A DNA stretch of 29,051 bases from Candidatus Thorarchaeota archaeon (GCA_048882045.1 JBHLRZ010000035.1:1-29051), one strand, 5' to 3'. Shown: positions 17,104-26,514, counted from the first letter of the stretch. The notes: generated by a model from the sequence alone, not told the origin. Numbers and translations: made by a program.

Positions 17104-17559
17104 GTGAGTATGCTGTCAGACCTCAAGAGTTGGTTGTGGATCCCCATTTTCTGGGTTATCCTATATTCTGTTTTTCTCCTTCTAGGAATTGGGATTGGTG
17201 GAGAATTTGGTCCAATGTCTTATTGGGCAGTTACTCTCATTGGTGTACCAATAACGGTGTCGCCAATTACATACAAGAATCTCGTGGGCGGTGGATGTAG
17301 TCTGAAATATCAGATCTGTGCACTGGTCAAAGGCATGTTTGCAGGATTCGTTTTCATGTCACTAACAATGATTGCAGATACGATAGTCTGGGGAAGTCTT
17401 GCACCAACTCTGGGATGGAGCCCGATGAATCTCAACATAGCTGAAGCGATGTACTATGTTTGGTTCTTCGGTGGCATCATTGGAGGATTCGGCGCTCGGA
17501 TTGTAGAAGTTCGTGGATACCAACAGCAGAGAAATATCACAATTGCTGGTTTCGAATAG
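17104..17559 (+). CDS. Hypothetical 4-TM membrane protein
   Basis: Hydrophobic helices, GGGC..KYQIC loop, GGIIGGFG in the last helix. Confidence 0.75.
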   Translation: MSMLSDLKSWLWIPIFWVILYSVFLLLGIGIGGEFGPMSYWAVTLIGVPITVSPITYKNLVGGGCSLKYQICALVKGMFAGFVFMSLTMIADTIVWGSLAPTLGWSPMNLNIAEAMYYVWFFGGIIGGFGARIVEVRGYQQQRNITIAGFE

Positions 17560-17602
17560 TTGAAAGGACACGATTTTTCCCAGTCCAGTTGAGGGGTCAC
17601 CA

Positions 17603-18787
17603 ATGCCAGAAGCCTCAGCTGAGCAATTACACTGGAATCAACTGAGAAAGCAGTTCCTTCTTGACGAAGAGGCTTCAGATTATTACCACGTGGCAAAAAC
17701 ACAGCTGGGTCTACATTCGACTGATTACTGGACGCCCTACCTCTCAGTCTGGGCACGTATTGGAGATTATGACGCAAGGAAGATGTTCGAGGATATCGAC
17801 AATGGCAGACAGCTTGTCCGAACGCACTCCTTCAGAACTACAGTCCATGTAATGCACACAGACAATCTATCACTTATACTGAGTGCTACAGGACCTCCTC
17901 TTTTCAGGGCATTTCGAAATGACAAGTACAGGAAGATGGACCTTAAGAGTGACAAGGAAATCGAGGAAATGCTTGAGCAGGTCAGATCCGCTCTGGAAGA
18001 TGGCCCACTTCGAACTTCCGAATTGAAGAAAGCAGTACCAAAGGTCGGTGAAAACGTCCGTTCTGCCCTCATCCTACTCATGGCTCAAGGTGAGGTCGTA
18101 AGAGCCAAGGCAAAACATGCACGAAGCAATCTCACATCCTATGCCTTACTTGAAAAATGGACACCCAAGTTCAAGCTGGAGATTATTGAGGAAGAGAAGG
18201 CCGTATCAGAACTAGTCAAGAAACACATCGAGCTTTTCGGTCCAGTGTCGGTAGAAGACACAGCCTGGTGGTTCAAGCAAGCAAAGACCGCTGTGAAAGA
18301 AGCAATCCAAGGCCAGGAAGAAGATGTTGTGATGCTTGAGATAGATGGTACTGAAAAGTACCTATCATTAGCAGACTTGGAAATAGCTTCCTCAATCGAC
18401 CCACCATCGGACAGCCCTGTCTGGTTTCTACCCTATGAAGACCACTTTCTAAAAGCGTTCATTGACAGGTCTCGTTTCATATCAGAAAAGATCAGCCCCA
18501 TGATTTCACCACCTGATAGAAGGCACTACTGGCCTTCAAAACTTGATGAACCAAGAGTCATGCCAAGTCCAGGGGTCAGGCAGACTGGCGAGGTGAGACC
18601 CACAATATGGCTGAATGGTGTTGTAGTAGGCAGGTGGGAGATTGATGATGAAGGAGGACAGAAGAGAATAGTCACTGACCTCTACTCAAAAGTGACTAAG
18701 CGATACCTCGAGAGGATAGAGGAGGTCAGACGCAACCTAGAGGACTTCATGAACAATTCACTGCTACCAATATCAGGCGGCAACTGA
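17603..18787 (+). CDS. HTH_42 / AlkZ-YcaQ-family crosslink DNA glycosylase-like protein
   Basis: LGLHSTD...PYLSVWAR, LVRT..FRTTVH, FGPVS.ED..WW, FLPYED, PTIWLNG.VVG.W. Confidence 0.85.
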   Translation: MPEASAEQLHWNQLRKQFLLDEEASDYYHVAKTQLGLHSTDYWTPYLSVWARIGDYDARKMFEDIDNGRQLVRTHSFRTTVHVMHTDNLSLILSATGPPLFRAFRNDKYRKMDLKSDKEIEEMLEQVRSALEDGPLRTSELKKAVPKVGENVRSALILLMAQGEVVRAKAKHARSNLTSYALLEKWTPKFKLEIIEEEKAVSELVKKHIELFGPVSVEDTAWWFKQAKTAVKEAIQGQEEDVVMLEIDGTEKYLSLADLEIASSIDPPSDSPVWFLPYEDHFLKAFIDRSRFISEKISPMISPPDRRHYWPSKLDEPRVMPSPGVRQTGEVRPTIWLNGVVVGRWEIDDEGGQKRIVTDLYSKVTKRYLERIEEVRRNLEDFMNNSLLPISGGN

Positions 18788-18891
18788 TTCTTTCAATTAT
18801 TTATTGTAATATATTCAAAGCTATTAAAAACAGAGACGCATAAATACAGACTCTCTAATGATGCAATACCATTCTTCCGGAGTTAACTCAA

Positions 18892-19104
18892 ATGGGAAAG
18901 GGTTTAGCCTTATTCGGACTTATACTGATCATTGTAGCAATTCTCCCCCTATTCATGCCGATGATCGGCCTTGGTCAGTTTGTAGATTACTTCTACATGC
19001 TTAACATCTATACATTAACCCTAGCAGGGTATGACTTCTCGGAGCTCATGCTAATCCTCCTAGGATTAGGTGTTATCCTACTAATAGTAGGTGCAGTTAG
19101 GTAA
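18892..19104 (+). CDS. Small two-TM membrane protein
   Basis: 70 aa, two hydrophobic helices, GGAG RBS and AT-rich promoter upstream, hairpin downstream. Confidence 0.7.
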   Translation: MGKGLALFGLILIIVAILPLFMPMIGLGQFVDYFYMLNIYTLTLAGYDFSELMLILLGLGVILLIVGAVR

Positions 19105-19130
19105 ATCCACGATTCTGACTAAAAACTCAA

Positions 19131-19163
19131 GGGGAGAGAAATATCTCCCCCCACTTATTTTTT
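19131..19163 (+). terminator. Hairpin plus U-tract terminator-like element between convergent genes
   Basis: GGGGAGA (19131-19137) / TCTCCCC (19144-19150) followed by CCACTTATTTTTT. Confidence 0.55.
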
Positions 19164-19175
19164 CTATACCACTCA

Positions 19176-19535
19176 TTAATCAATTCCAATTCGAGCTGCA
19201 ATCTTGACGATGAGAAATACAACAAATGCCACAATAATGAATGTGATTAGACTGTCTAAAATCGGACCACCTGACAGTACATAATCCACGTCCTCTGGTT
19301 GGATGGCTGGATAAACGATTTCGATGAGCGGCATGATTAAACTGTTAACAAGTGCTTCGACAACCTCACCGATGTAGATACCCAAAATAAACGCAACAGC
19401 CAGACCAAGGACTTTGTAATTTGAGATGAAAGCAATAAACTCGTTTATCAAACCCTTTGGCTCTGGAGGTTTGGGCGGTGGTGTTAGTAGTTTTCGTATT
19501 TCTCGTAGTTCTTCCAACATAGCATCGTTTGACAT
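19176..19535 (-). CDS. mscL: Large-conductance mechanosensitive channel MscL-family protein (119 aa, rearranged)
   Basis: EFIAFI (S1 helix), VLGLAVAFILG...VVEALVNSLIMPLI (TM1), G..LDSLITFIIVAFVVFLIVK (TM2); ATG at 19535 with AGGGGTGA RBS. The 315-aa ORF-track call is an over-extension antisense to the neighbouring gene. Confidence 0.88.
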   Translation of the reverse strand: MSNDAMLEELREIRKLLTPPPKPPEPKGLINEFIAFISNYKVLGLAVAFILGIYIGEVVEALVNSLIMPLIEIVYPAIQPEDVDYVLSGGPILDSLITFIIVAFVVFLIVKIAARIGID

Positions 19536-19632
19536 TCTATCACCCCTAATGAAGTGCCAAGGAAATAGCATCATCTCAAATATGATTCTTTCCAACCTGC
19601 ACGTAGATTGATATCCTCGAATGTAAGTAGGA

Positions 19633-20229
19633 TTGGTGATGAGTTTCTGGTTCATTCTCTCACTTGTGGGCTTGATTGCAGTTGTCCCACTGCATTTTCT
19701 CTCAGTCGAACATGGAAAACTCGATTCGAGATACGGGAAAGAGAGAGGATTCAAGATTGGAGCGACATTAGGCATGGTCTCTGGATGGGGATTCTTTTTG
19801 TTTCTATTTGGACTCTGGATTTCACCCCAACCGACGTTTGTGATAATGATTCTTGGAGTCATCCCACCTGGTCTGTCACTCTTCAACGTGATATTAGCCA
19901 TTGTATTTCTTGCTCCTGGTGCATATCTTGGCGTCAAGGGAGTAACTGAGATGGGACTAAAAGGAGCTGAAACCCATCGAGTAGACAAGGTAATCACCAC
20001 TGGTATATATTCAAGAGTAAGGCATCCCCAATATTTGGGAGCCATACTGTCACATATTGGAGCTTCATTCCTTCTCTCAGCATTATACTCGATACTTGTG
20101 ACTCCACTAGTCATTTTGATCAATTACTTCCTCTGCAGAAAAGAGGAAAAAGAACTCCTGAATGAGTTTGGCGATGAATATCAGAAATATCAAACATCTG
20201 TTCCTATGTTGATTCCACTTCGAAAATGA
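19633..20229 (+). CDS. Isoprenylcysteine carboxyl methyltransferase / PEMT family membrane methyltransferase
   Basis: VITTGIYSRVRHPQYLG, EEKELLNEFGDEYQKYQTSVPMLIP. Confidence 0.9.
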   Translation: MVMSFWFILSLVGLIAVVPLHFLSVEHGKLDSRYGKERGFKIGATLGMVSGWGFFLFLFGLWISPQPTFVIMILGVIPPGLSLFNVILAIVFLAPGAYLGVKGVTEMGLKGAETHRVDKVITTGIYSRVRHPQYLGAILSHIGASFLLSALYSILVTPLVILINYFLCRKEEKELLNEFGDEYQKYQTSVPMLIPLRK

Positions 20230-20294
20230 GACTGGATTCGTGCAAGAATAGTTTATGATAGGAAATATGGCTGTCTTCCCTAGTTGAGGTATGC

Positions 20295-23200
20295 ATGATG
20301 CCGTCTCATCGTCTGTTAGTCACGCTTCTAGTGTTGATATTCTTCTTGGCTCCACTCAGTGGACCATTCGCACAAATAGAGAGTAGTAATGGGGAAACTC
20401 CATCTAGTGTTGAAGAAACAGACGGAGTTTCAGGTCTGCAAACAACAAATAGAAGATCAGTCGTAGCAGCCGACCCGATTAGCGGAGTGCTTGACCCTGT
20501 AGTTGTTGAGCAATACGGCTACGAAGGAACTGGTCTGCTTAATGCTCGAACAGATTCAGCTTCTAATGACCAGAGCAGCATCCCCATTGATAATGCAACT
20601 GGGTGGGTAGGAAGTCAAGCAGAACTAGAGATTTGGAATATGGAAAGACTCTACGCTGAGAACGGAACTTTGGATGATGGCATCCCGGGTACCAATTACC
20701 ATCCAAGTGCCACAAGCGCATACCCCTATGGTTGGGATCTAGACTGGGATGACCCAAGCTCAGGGCTGCAAAATGTATCTACAACTTATGATGAAGACAA
20801 CGGGTATCTTGTTCTAGAAAGCAAAGCTGAATTGGCTACACCAGGTGGCTTGGTGGAATACAGACATTGGGATGGGACATATATCTACTGGAATCAGACT
20901 ATTCATAATGTTCCATATTCGGACAATCTCACTCTGAGTTTCATGTACAATTATGATAGTGGAATAATAGACAATCCGCCCATTGAGGTCGCTGGTTGGT
21001 TGTGGTTGGATGTGCTCATAGATGGTGCTTTCGTTGCATATTCTGATCTCATGACAGAGTGTCCTTCACGCAATACATGGTACGAGTTTGTTGTGCCAAA
21101 TTTGCTGGACCTACCTTCGACATTCAACCTACAAATTGGAATCTCTGTTGAGGCTGTGACTCCTCCCCCAACTGATTATTTTATCACGTACCCTGGTGCA
21201 GACTATGATGAAGATAGTGAGCTGGACTACAGTTTGGCTCAAATAAACAGGGTATTCCTGGACAACATTAGCCTTTTGAGTGTGAATCAGCCAAGTTATG
21301 ACGAGGTCGACCTCACATTCAATGCTGGAGTTTTCAGTACTGCAATTACAGAGTTCTCCAATTATGGTACTGCAGTAATCACAAACCCAAGTTACTGGAC
21401 GGATAATTATCTTGATGTCGGGGTTTCAGCAAATGTGAGCATTTCATTTGACTATGAAGTGAAACTGCTATCACACCACTTTGGTAACTCCCTTTGGACA
21501 TCACAGCCAACGAAGCAAGGTGTAGCGTATACAGTTGATGCAGGTGCAAGTGCAGCGTTATCAGCTTTCACCTATGTAGGAAATGAAGGAGTAGCAATCT
21601 ATGAGAATTTCACGGTTGAAATATCCCTTCCACCGGATTGGGAAAACATCACCATCTTCGATCCATTTCTCAATGATGTGACTGGTCTCTGTACATTTAC
21701 TCCAGGCTTGCTTGAAATACCAACATCAATCCTAGACAGATTGGGATGGTGGCAAGTGACGCTGGAATCGCCAAACTATGCGGAGTCAGTTACTACTCAG
21801 ATTGACGATACGGGATGGACTGATAGTTCAATATTCCGTCCAACGAACAAAACTAGAGTTGTAATTACTCTTGGAACTGCTTCTGATACTCCGCTAGTTT
21901 CGGACCCTGTCAATGTGACCTGGTATGCACCAGATGATAGCACATGGAGCCAAGACTCACCATCCTCAGGAGTTGGAGGTGTAGTGTACTCAGACCAAAG
22001 AACATTAGGAGGGTCTAACACGACAGCTGGTGAATGGAGTGTTGTTGCCGCTTGGACCAATGGGACTGAGGTAGCATATGGAGTAACAACCTATGACATG
22101 TACCACACTGCATCTCTTGATGTTCCTGTAGAGTACCAGACGGTTCAGACCGACATTGGTCTAGTAATTTCAAATTTCGTTTACTACACTGATACTGACA
22201 CATCTGAGTATCTCCTCGATGATTCAGTTACAATAACTGCAAACTGGACAGGATCAATAATACCCTTTACACAGGACCTCGTTAAGAATTGGTGGCGAGG
22301 CGAGTTTGATACTTCAGCACTGGAGGGAGGTCAATACATAGTTGTTGTGACAGCATCGAGACCATACTTTGATGACGTTACTACTCAATTCACAGTGGTT
22401 GCCACACAAGAAATGACTCTTGAAATTCTGAATGCTGGAGCAACACCAATTGAACGGGGACTGAATGAAGTATTCACGGTTCAAATGGACTATGAATTGC
22501 TGAATGGAACAGGAATCTCCGGAGCTATGCTCTATGTAGATTACTCTGGGCCTGGAGGCGGACTATCTTGGTCTAACTTCAATGACAACAATAATGGTCA
22601 TTACTCAGTAGACATTATTTGTGACATCGCAGTGACGTATTCTGTCACAATTACCTTGAACAAGACCTACTATCAAAGTGCTTCTGATTCATTTACTCTA
22701 GTCATAGGTGAAACAGGAACAGAACTTGAGTTGATCAACGGAACATCAGGTGTGGTAAACTATGGAGAGAGCTACAGACTAGTGGTTGAATATCGAAATA
22801 GCACTGGATTTGGACTTCCAGGAGCGGATTTAGACGTTGTATCTATCAACCCTGCGACAGGATTGACTAACACCAGCTTCACGCCCATCAGTGGAGGATT
22901 TTATGAAATCACTTTCACACCGACGACCACAGGAACCTTCTCAATAACCATCAGTGCAAGTCTTTTCAATCATGAAACTAAGTTCACAACTTTTACACTG
23001 ACAGGTGTTGTAATTCCGACAATCCTGACCTCAATTCCTTCAAGTGCAACAGTTGCGGTGAATGAGAGTTACATTGTTCAATTGCTCTTTCAAGATGAAG
23101 GATCCAATCCGATTAATGCAGCAAACATCACGCTGATAGAAACACCATCTGGAATAATCATTTCTGAGGCTATCCCTGTAGGTAACGGTTTGTTCAATAT

Positions 23201-25628
23201 TACACTTCGATCATCAGAGATGGATGTCTACAATCTACTCTTCAGGGCTTCTGCAAACAACTATCAGAGCTCTATTGTTGGATTCACACTTTCAGTGACC
23301 GCACTACAGACCAATCTGGAAATACAGAATCCAGGGACAGTTTTCGAAAATGGTCTCAATGAAGTTTTCACTCTTCAGTTGAGTTACCAACTCTTTAATG
23401 GTACTGGTGTGCCAGGAGCGTCATCTTCAATTATATTCTCAGGCCCGCAAGAAGGCCTTTCTTGGACTAATTTCACTGACTATAACAATGGGTCATACTC
23501 AATGGACATTACATGTAACGTGTCAGCGATATATGGAATATCTGTCACTCTATCAAAGAGTTACTACTACAATGCATCAGATTCTTTCACCCTGATTATT
23601 GGCGAAACAGGTAGTGAACTCCAGATTCTAAATGGTACTGCGGATGTTGTGTTATTTGGTAACAGCTACCTACTAGTTGTCGAGTATAGAAACAGTTCCG
23701 GATCAGGTCTGACTGGTGCCGATTTGCAGGTCGTCCAGATAACTCCAGAAGTTGGACTCAGTCACTCCAACTTTTCTCATATAACTGATGGATTTTATCA
23801 AATAACTCTGACACCCACTGCAGCTGGGTCTTTCTCAGTCGTTATCAGAGCAAGCATCTTGAATCATGTAACACAATATGCAACATTTACTCTGACTGCA
23901 GCAGGGATTCCAACTATTCTCACAGCATTGTCATCAAGTGCGACTATTGCGTTGGACCAGAACATCACTGTGCAATTCAGTTTTCAGGATGAAAGTCTGA
24001 ATCCGATAGACCTCGCAACGGTTGTAGTAGTAAATCCCCCAGCTGGCATCTTGATATCTAATGTTACACCCATTGGTGGCGGGCTCTATAACTTCACACT
24101 CACTCCTCAAGGGATAGGAAGCTATGACTTACTCTTTAGGGCTTCTGCAGACAACTACCAGAGTTCGAGTGCAGCTTTTACACTGTCAGCCACTGAGATA
24201 CCTACGATTCTAGAGTTTGAAGGAGATGTTTCGTCCGCTCAAGCAAAGTTTCAAGATTCATACGAATTGATTGTCTATTACTGCAGAGCTGACACTCCAG
24301 CACTAGAAAATGTTGATGGAGCAAGTCTTACTGTTCTTGTTCAGAGCTCAGGGCTTGTTGTTGACATATCTGAACATGTCGGATACTATGTGATCACAAT
24401 CACAGGCGAAGCAATTGGATCATGGTCTCTCACAATCTCTGCGGAAAAAACTGACCACCGTCTAGCAACCAAGCAGTTCCTATTCCAGGTGGAAGAGATA
24501 CCACTAACAATTGAAGTTCTAGATGGGTTACAGGGACCTGAGGGATTTCCAATCAGTTTCAGAGTAAAACTCACAGAAACTGAGACTGGAGATCCGGTCA
24601 CTGGAGCTACAGTCTACTATGACATTCAATTGTTAGATGGTTTGCCATATGGAAACCGAGAGAGTATGATTGAGTCTTCTTCTGAGCCAGGAGTATACAC
24701 TGCTTCGCTTACTATGCCTTCAGCTGACGAAACTTATTTCATTGTGATCGGATGCAACATTGCCAATTTTGTGTTAGACGACCCCCTCCCTATACAATTG
24801 TTGCCAAGACGAGATATCACCACGATGATCTACATGACAGTCAGGGACAATTCTTACGTCTTTATTGGTCTGGGTGCCATTGGGATTGGTCTTGTCTATA
24901 GGAGAAGTGCAAGAAAACGACGTATTAGACAAAACAAGGTTACACTCGCAGTAAAACGGCGATTTGATGATGTGAGAAACCTTCTCGGGGTAATCGTACT
25001 TCACAAGGACAGTGGTCTACCAATCTATTCTAAGATTCTCAGAGAGGGTTTGGAAGAGGCTGTGATTTCAGCCTTTATCACTGCAATCACAAGTTTCAGA
25101 GGCGAGTTTGATATTGAAACCTCGACTGAAGAATGGGGACTGATTCCAATTTCAGATATCATCAGAGTGATTTCTACTAACCGATTGATCTGCGCTTTCA
25201 TCACAACTGGTAATCCATCCCCCGACCAACGTGAGCGTATGATCAAGTTCGCAAAAACTGTTGGATTCATCTTCGATGACACAATGGAGGAGGTTCCAAT
25301 AGTCGTCCTAGATCGTCACACAACTATGCAGTTTGACTCACTGTTCGATGACCTCCTTGACGGTGCTCTTCTGCGAACCTACAAGCTTGATGACGAGAAG
25401 AAGTTCCCGACATCTACATGTGCTGATGAGAGAATTGCTCGGAAGCATGGAGAAGAGTTCAAACTTGAAGAGTTGGCGTCAGAGATAGCGGGATGTGGAC
25501 TCGAAGAGGGCCGCGTCTATCAGGCTATCATGAAGGCACTCGACAACCACCTCCTCATTTCAACGGAGGAGTCCCCCTTCAAGACAGAGATAATCAGAGC
25601 TCCCGAACCTGTTGAGGAAGAAAGCTAA
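20295..25628 (+). CDS. Giant single-pass surface protein: signal peptide, beta-rich ectodomain with Ig-like repeats, TM, cytoplasmic longin-like domain and wHTH-like tail
   Basis: N-terminal hydrophobic signal; ~100-aa repeats (T.L.......N....V.Y....G....GA......NG.Y.......G.Y...I.A....Y); many N-x-S/T sequons; TM YVFIGLGAIGIGLVY then RRSARKRRIR; LLGVIVLHKDSGLPIYSK...ISAFITAITSF. Confidence 0.85.
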   Translation: MMPSHRLLVTLLVLIFFLAPLSGPFAQIESSNGETPSSVEETDGVSGLQTTNRRSVVAADPISGVLDPVVVEQYGYEGTGLLNARTDSASNDQSSIPIDNATGWVGSQAELEIWNMERLYAENGTLDDGIPGTNYHPSATSAYPYGWDLDWDDPSSGLQNVSTTYDEDNGYLVLESKAELATPGGLVEYRHWDGTYIYWNQTIHNVPYSDNLTLSFMYNYDSGIIDNPPIEVAGWLWLDVLIDGAFVAYSDLMTECPSRNTWYEFVVPNLLDLPSTFNLQIGISVEAVTPPPTDYFITYPGADYDEDSELDYSLAQINRVFLDNISLLSVNQPSYDEVDLTFNAGVFSTAITEFSNYGTAVITNPSYWTDNYLDVGVSANVSISFDYEVKLLSHHFGNSLWTSQPTKQGVAYTVDAGASAALSAFTYVGNEGVAIYENFTVEISLPPDWENITIFDPFLNDVTGLCTFTPGLLEIPTSILDRLGWWQVTLESPNYAESVTTQIDDTGWTDSSIFRPTNKTRVVITLGTASDTPLVSDPVNVTWYAPDDSTWSQDSPSSGVGGVVYSDQRTLGGSNTTAGEWSVVAAWTNGTEVAYGVTTYDMYHTASLDVPVEYQTVQTDIGLVISNFVYYTDTDTSEYLLDDSVTITANWTGSIIPFTQDLVKNWWRGEFDTSALEGGQYIVVVTASRPYFDDVTTQFTVVATQEMTLEILNAGATPIERGLNEVFTVQMDYELLNGTGISGAMLYVDYSGPGGGLSWSNFNDNNNGHYSVDIICDIAVTYSVTITLNKTYYQSASDSFTLVIGETGTELELINGTSGVVNYGESYRLVVEYRNSTGFGLPGADLDVVSINPATGLTNTSFTPISGGFYEITFTPTTTGTFSITISASLFNHETKFTTFTLTGVVIPTILTSIPSSATVAVNESYIVQLLFQDEGSNPINAANITLIETPSGIIISEAIPVGNGLFNITLRSSEMDVYNLLFRASANNYQSSIVGFTLSVTALQTNLEIQNPGTVFENGLNEVFTLQLSYQLFNGTGVPGASSSIIFSGPQEGLSWTNFTDYNNGSYSMDITCNVSAIYGISVTLSKSYYYNASDSFTLIIGETGSELQILNGTADVVLFGNSYLLVVEYRNSSGSGLTGADLQVVQITPEVGLSHSNFSHITDGFYQITLTPTAAGSFSVVIRASILNHVTQYATFTLTAAGIPTILTALSSSATIALDQNITVQFSFQDESLNPIDLATVVVVNPPAGILISNVTPIGGGLYNFTLTPQGIGSYDLLFRASADNYQSSSAAFTLSATEIPTILEFEGDVSSAQAKFQDSYELIVYYCRADTPALENVDGASLTVLVQSSGLVVDISEHVGYYVITITGEAIGSWSLTISAEKTDHRLATKQFLFQVEEIPLTIEVLDGLQGPEGFPISFRVKLTETETGDPVTGATVYYDIQLLDGLPYGNRESMIESSSEPGVYTASLTMPSADETYFIVIGCNIANFVLDDPLPIQLLPRRDITTMIYMTVRDNSYVFIGLGAIGIGLVYRRSARKRRIRQNKVTLAVKRRFDDVRNLLGVIVLHKDSGLPIYSKILREGLEEAVISAFITAITSFRGEFDIETSTEEWGLIPISDIIRVISTNRLICAFITTGNPSPDQRERMIKFAKTVGFIFDDTMEEVPIVVLDRHTTMQFDSLFDDLLDGALLRTYKLDDEKKFPTSTCADERIARKHGEEFKLEELASEIAGCGLEEGRVYQAIMKALDNHLLISTEESPFKTEIIRAPEPVEEES
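22410..24200 (+). repeat. Intragenic tandem duplication of an 894-nt (298-aa, three Ig-like domain) unit
   Basis: GLNEVFT codons start at 22458 and 23352, and GETG codons at 22707 and 23601 (both offsets 894 nt); FRASA[ND]NYQSS ends both copies; boundaries approximate. Confidence 0.85.
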
Positions 25629-25636
25629 AGATTTTG

Positions 25637-25663
25637 TTGGTGAGAGGAAAGACCTCTCACCAA
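25637..25663. terminator. Perfect 11-bp hairpin between convergent genes
   Basis: TTGGTGAGAGG aaaga CCTCTCACCAA between the stops at 25628 and 25671. Confidence 0.65.
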
Positions 25664-25670
25664 ATATTGT

Positions 25671-26474
25671 CTACTCGAGATTCCTGACTAGATAGTAGTC
25701 TACAATCTTTTTCTTCCTGATTAGTGGAACAACGATGATGAGTAAAACTACAATCAATGTCACTAGTATTGCTGTCCAGAAGATTATTGGTATTGCAGGC
25801 CACTTGAACGCTATGCCTGGTGCCGCCCACACAACGACGAGTGCGTAAGCTAAGTCTCTACGAAGCACAAGCATGAGTGAAACAAGTAATAGTGCAACGA
25901 CCAGCACCAGTGCAGTCCAAATGTGTTGAATACCATCTGCAAATGTGAAGTATGTATTCAGAACTGAAGCGGTGTTGGCTATTGTTGCCAATGAAATCCA
26001 ACCCAAGTACACACTCACCGGAAGATGGACTGCAAGCTTCTCCATCCTAGGTACTTCCTTGACTCCGATCTCGAGTCGGACATACGTGATGAGCAGCACA
26101 ATCAGAAGACCTACTATCAATGGTTCAGTCCACACAAGCAGTGGTTCATTTCCAAATGAATAGTGGAATACTAGCAACCATACAACGTTAAAGACTGCAC
26201 CAAGTAGGTACAGATATCCTATCTTACCGAGATATTCTGCTTCAACCTGACTGGATTTGCTTTGATAATAGATGAAAACTATCAGTAGTATGTAGATAAT
26301 CCCCCAGATGCCAAAGACGTAACCTAGGGGAGTAAAGTAGTTCAAGAAGTTATCAGCCACTTCACCAGTTGTAACACCATTGAATGGCAAGATGTTCGCA
26401 AGCATGTTCATGATTATTGTTAATGCTACTGCGACGACGTTTATGATTTGGAATGTCCTGTAATTTGTTGACAT
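25671..26474 (-). CDS. Tryptophan-rich sensory protein (TspO/MBR-related) membrane protein
   Basis: N.LAN.LP.NG.TTGEV.D....FTP.GY.F.IWG.IY, N..W...FHY, SVYLGWIS.AT.AN, D..YALV.VWA; ATG at 26474. Confidence 0.8.
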   Translation of the reverse strand: MSTNYRTFQIINVVAVALTIIMNMLANILPFNGVTTGEVADNFLNYFTPLGYVFGIWGIIYILLIVFIYYQSKSSQVEAEYLGKIGYLYLLGAVFNVVWLLVFHYSFGNEPLLVWTEPLIVGLLIVLLITYVRLEIGVKEVPRMEKLAVHLPVSVYLGWISLATIANTASVLNTYFTFADGIQHIWTALVLVVALLLVSLMLVLRRDLAYALVVVWAAPGIAFKWPAIPIIFWTAILVTLIVVLLIIVVPLIRKKKIVDYYLVRNLE

Positions 26475-26491
26475 GAAAACTCCCAAACAGG

Positions 26492-26514
26492 TTCACTATA
26501 GTGAATTTATAAAT
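26492..26514. promoter_or_regulatory. Perfect 14-bp palindrome TTCACTATAGTGAA abutting a TATA-like ATTTATAAAT
   Basis: Palindrome at 26492-26505 and TATA element at 26505-26514, 18-40 bp upstream of the TspO-like ATG in a divergent promoter. Confidence 0.55.

Noticed and set aside
19536-20123. N-terminal 196 aa of the 315-aa ORF, suggesting a large MscL fusion
   Set aside because: Mostly the antisense of the ICMT-family gene; a good RBS and ATG sit at 19535
19633-20229. ICMT-family gene as evidence for protein prenylation
   Set aside because: The family is widespread in prokaryotes and substrate cannot be inferred from these motifs
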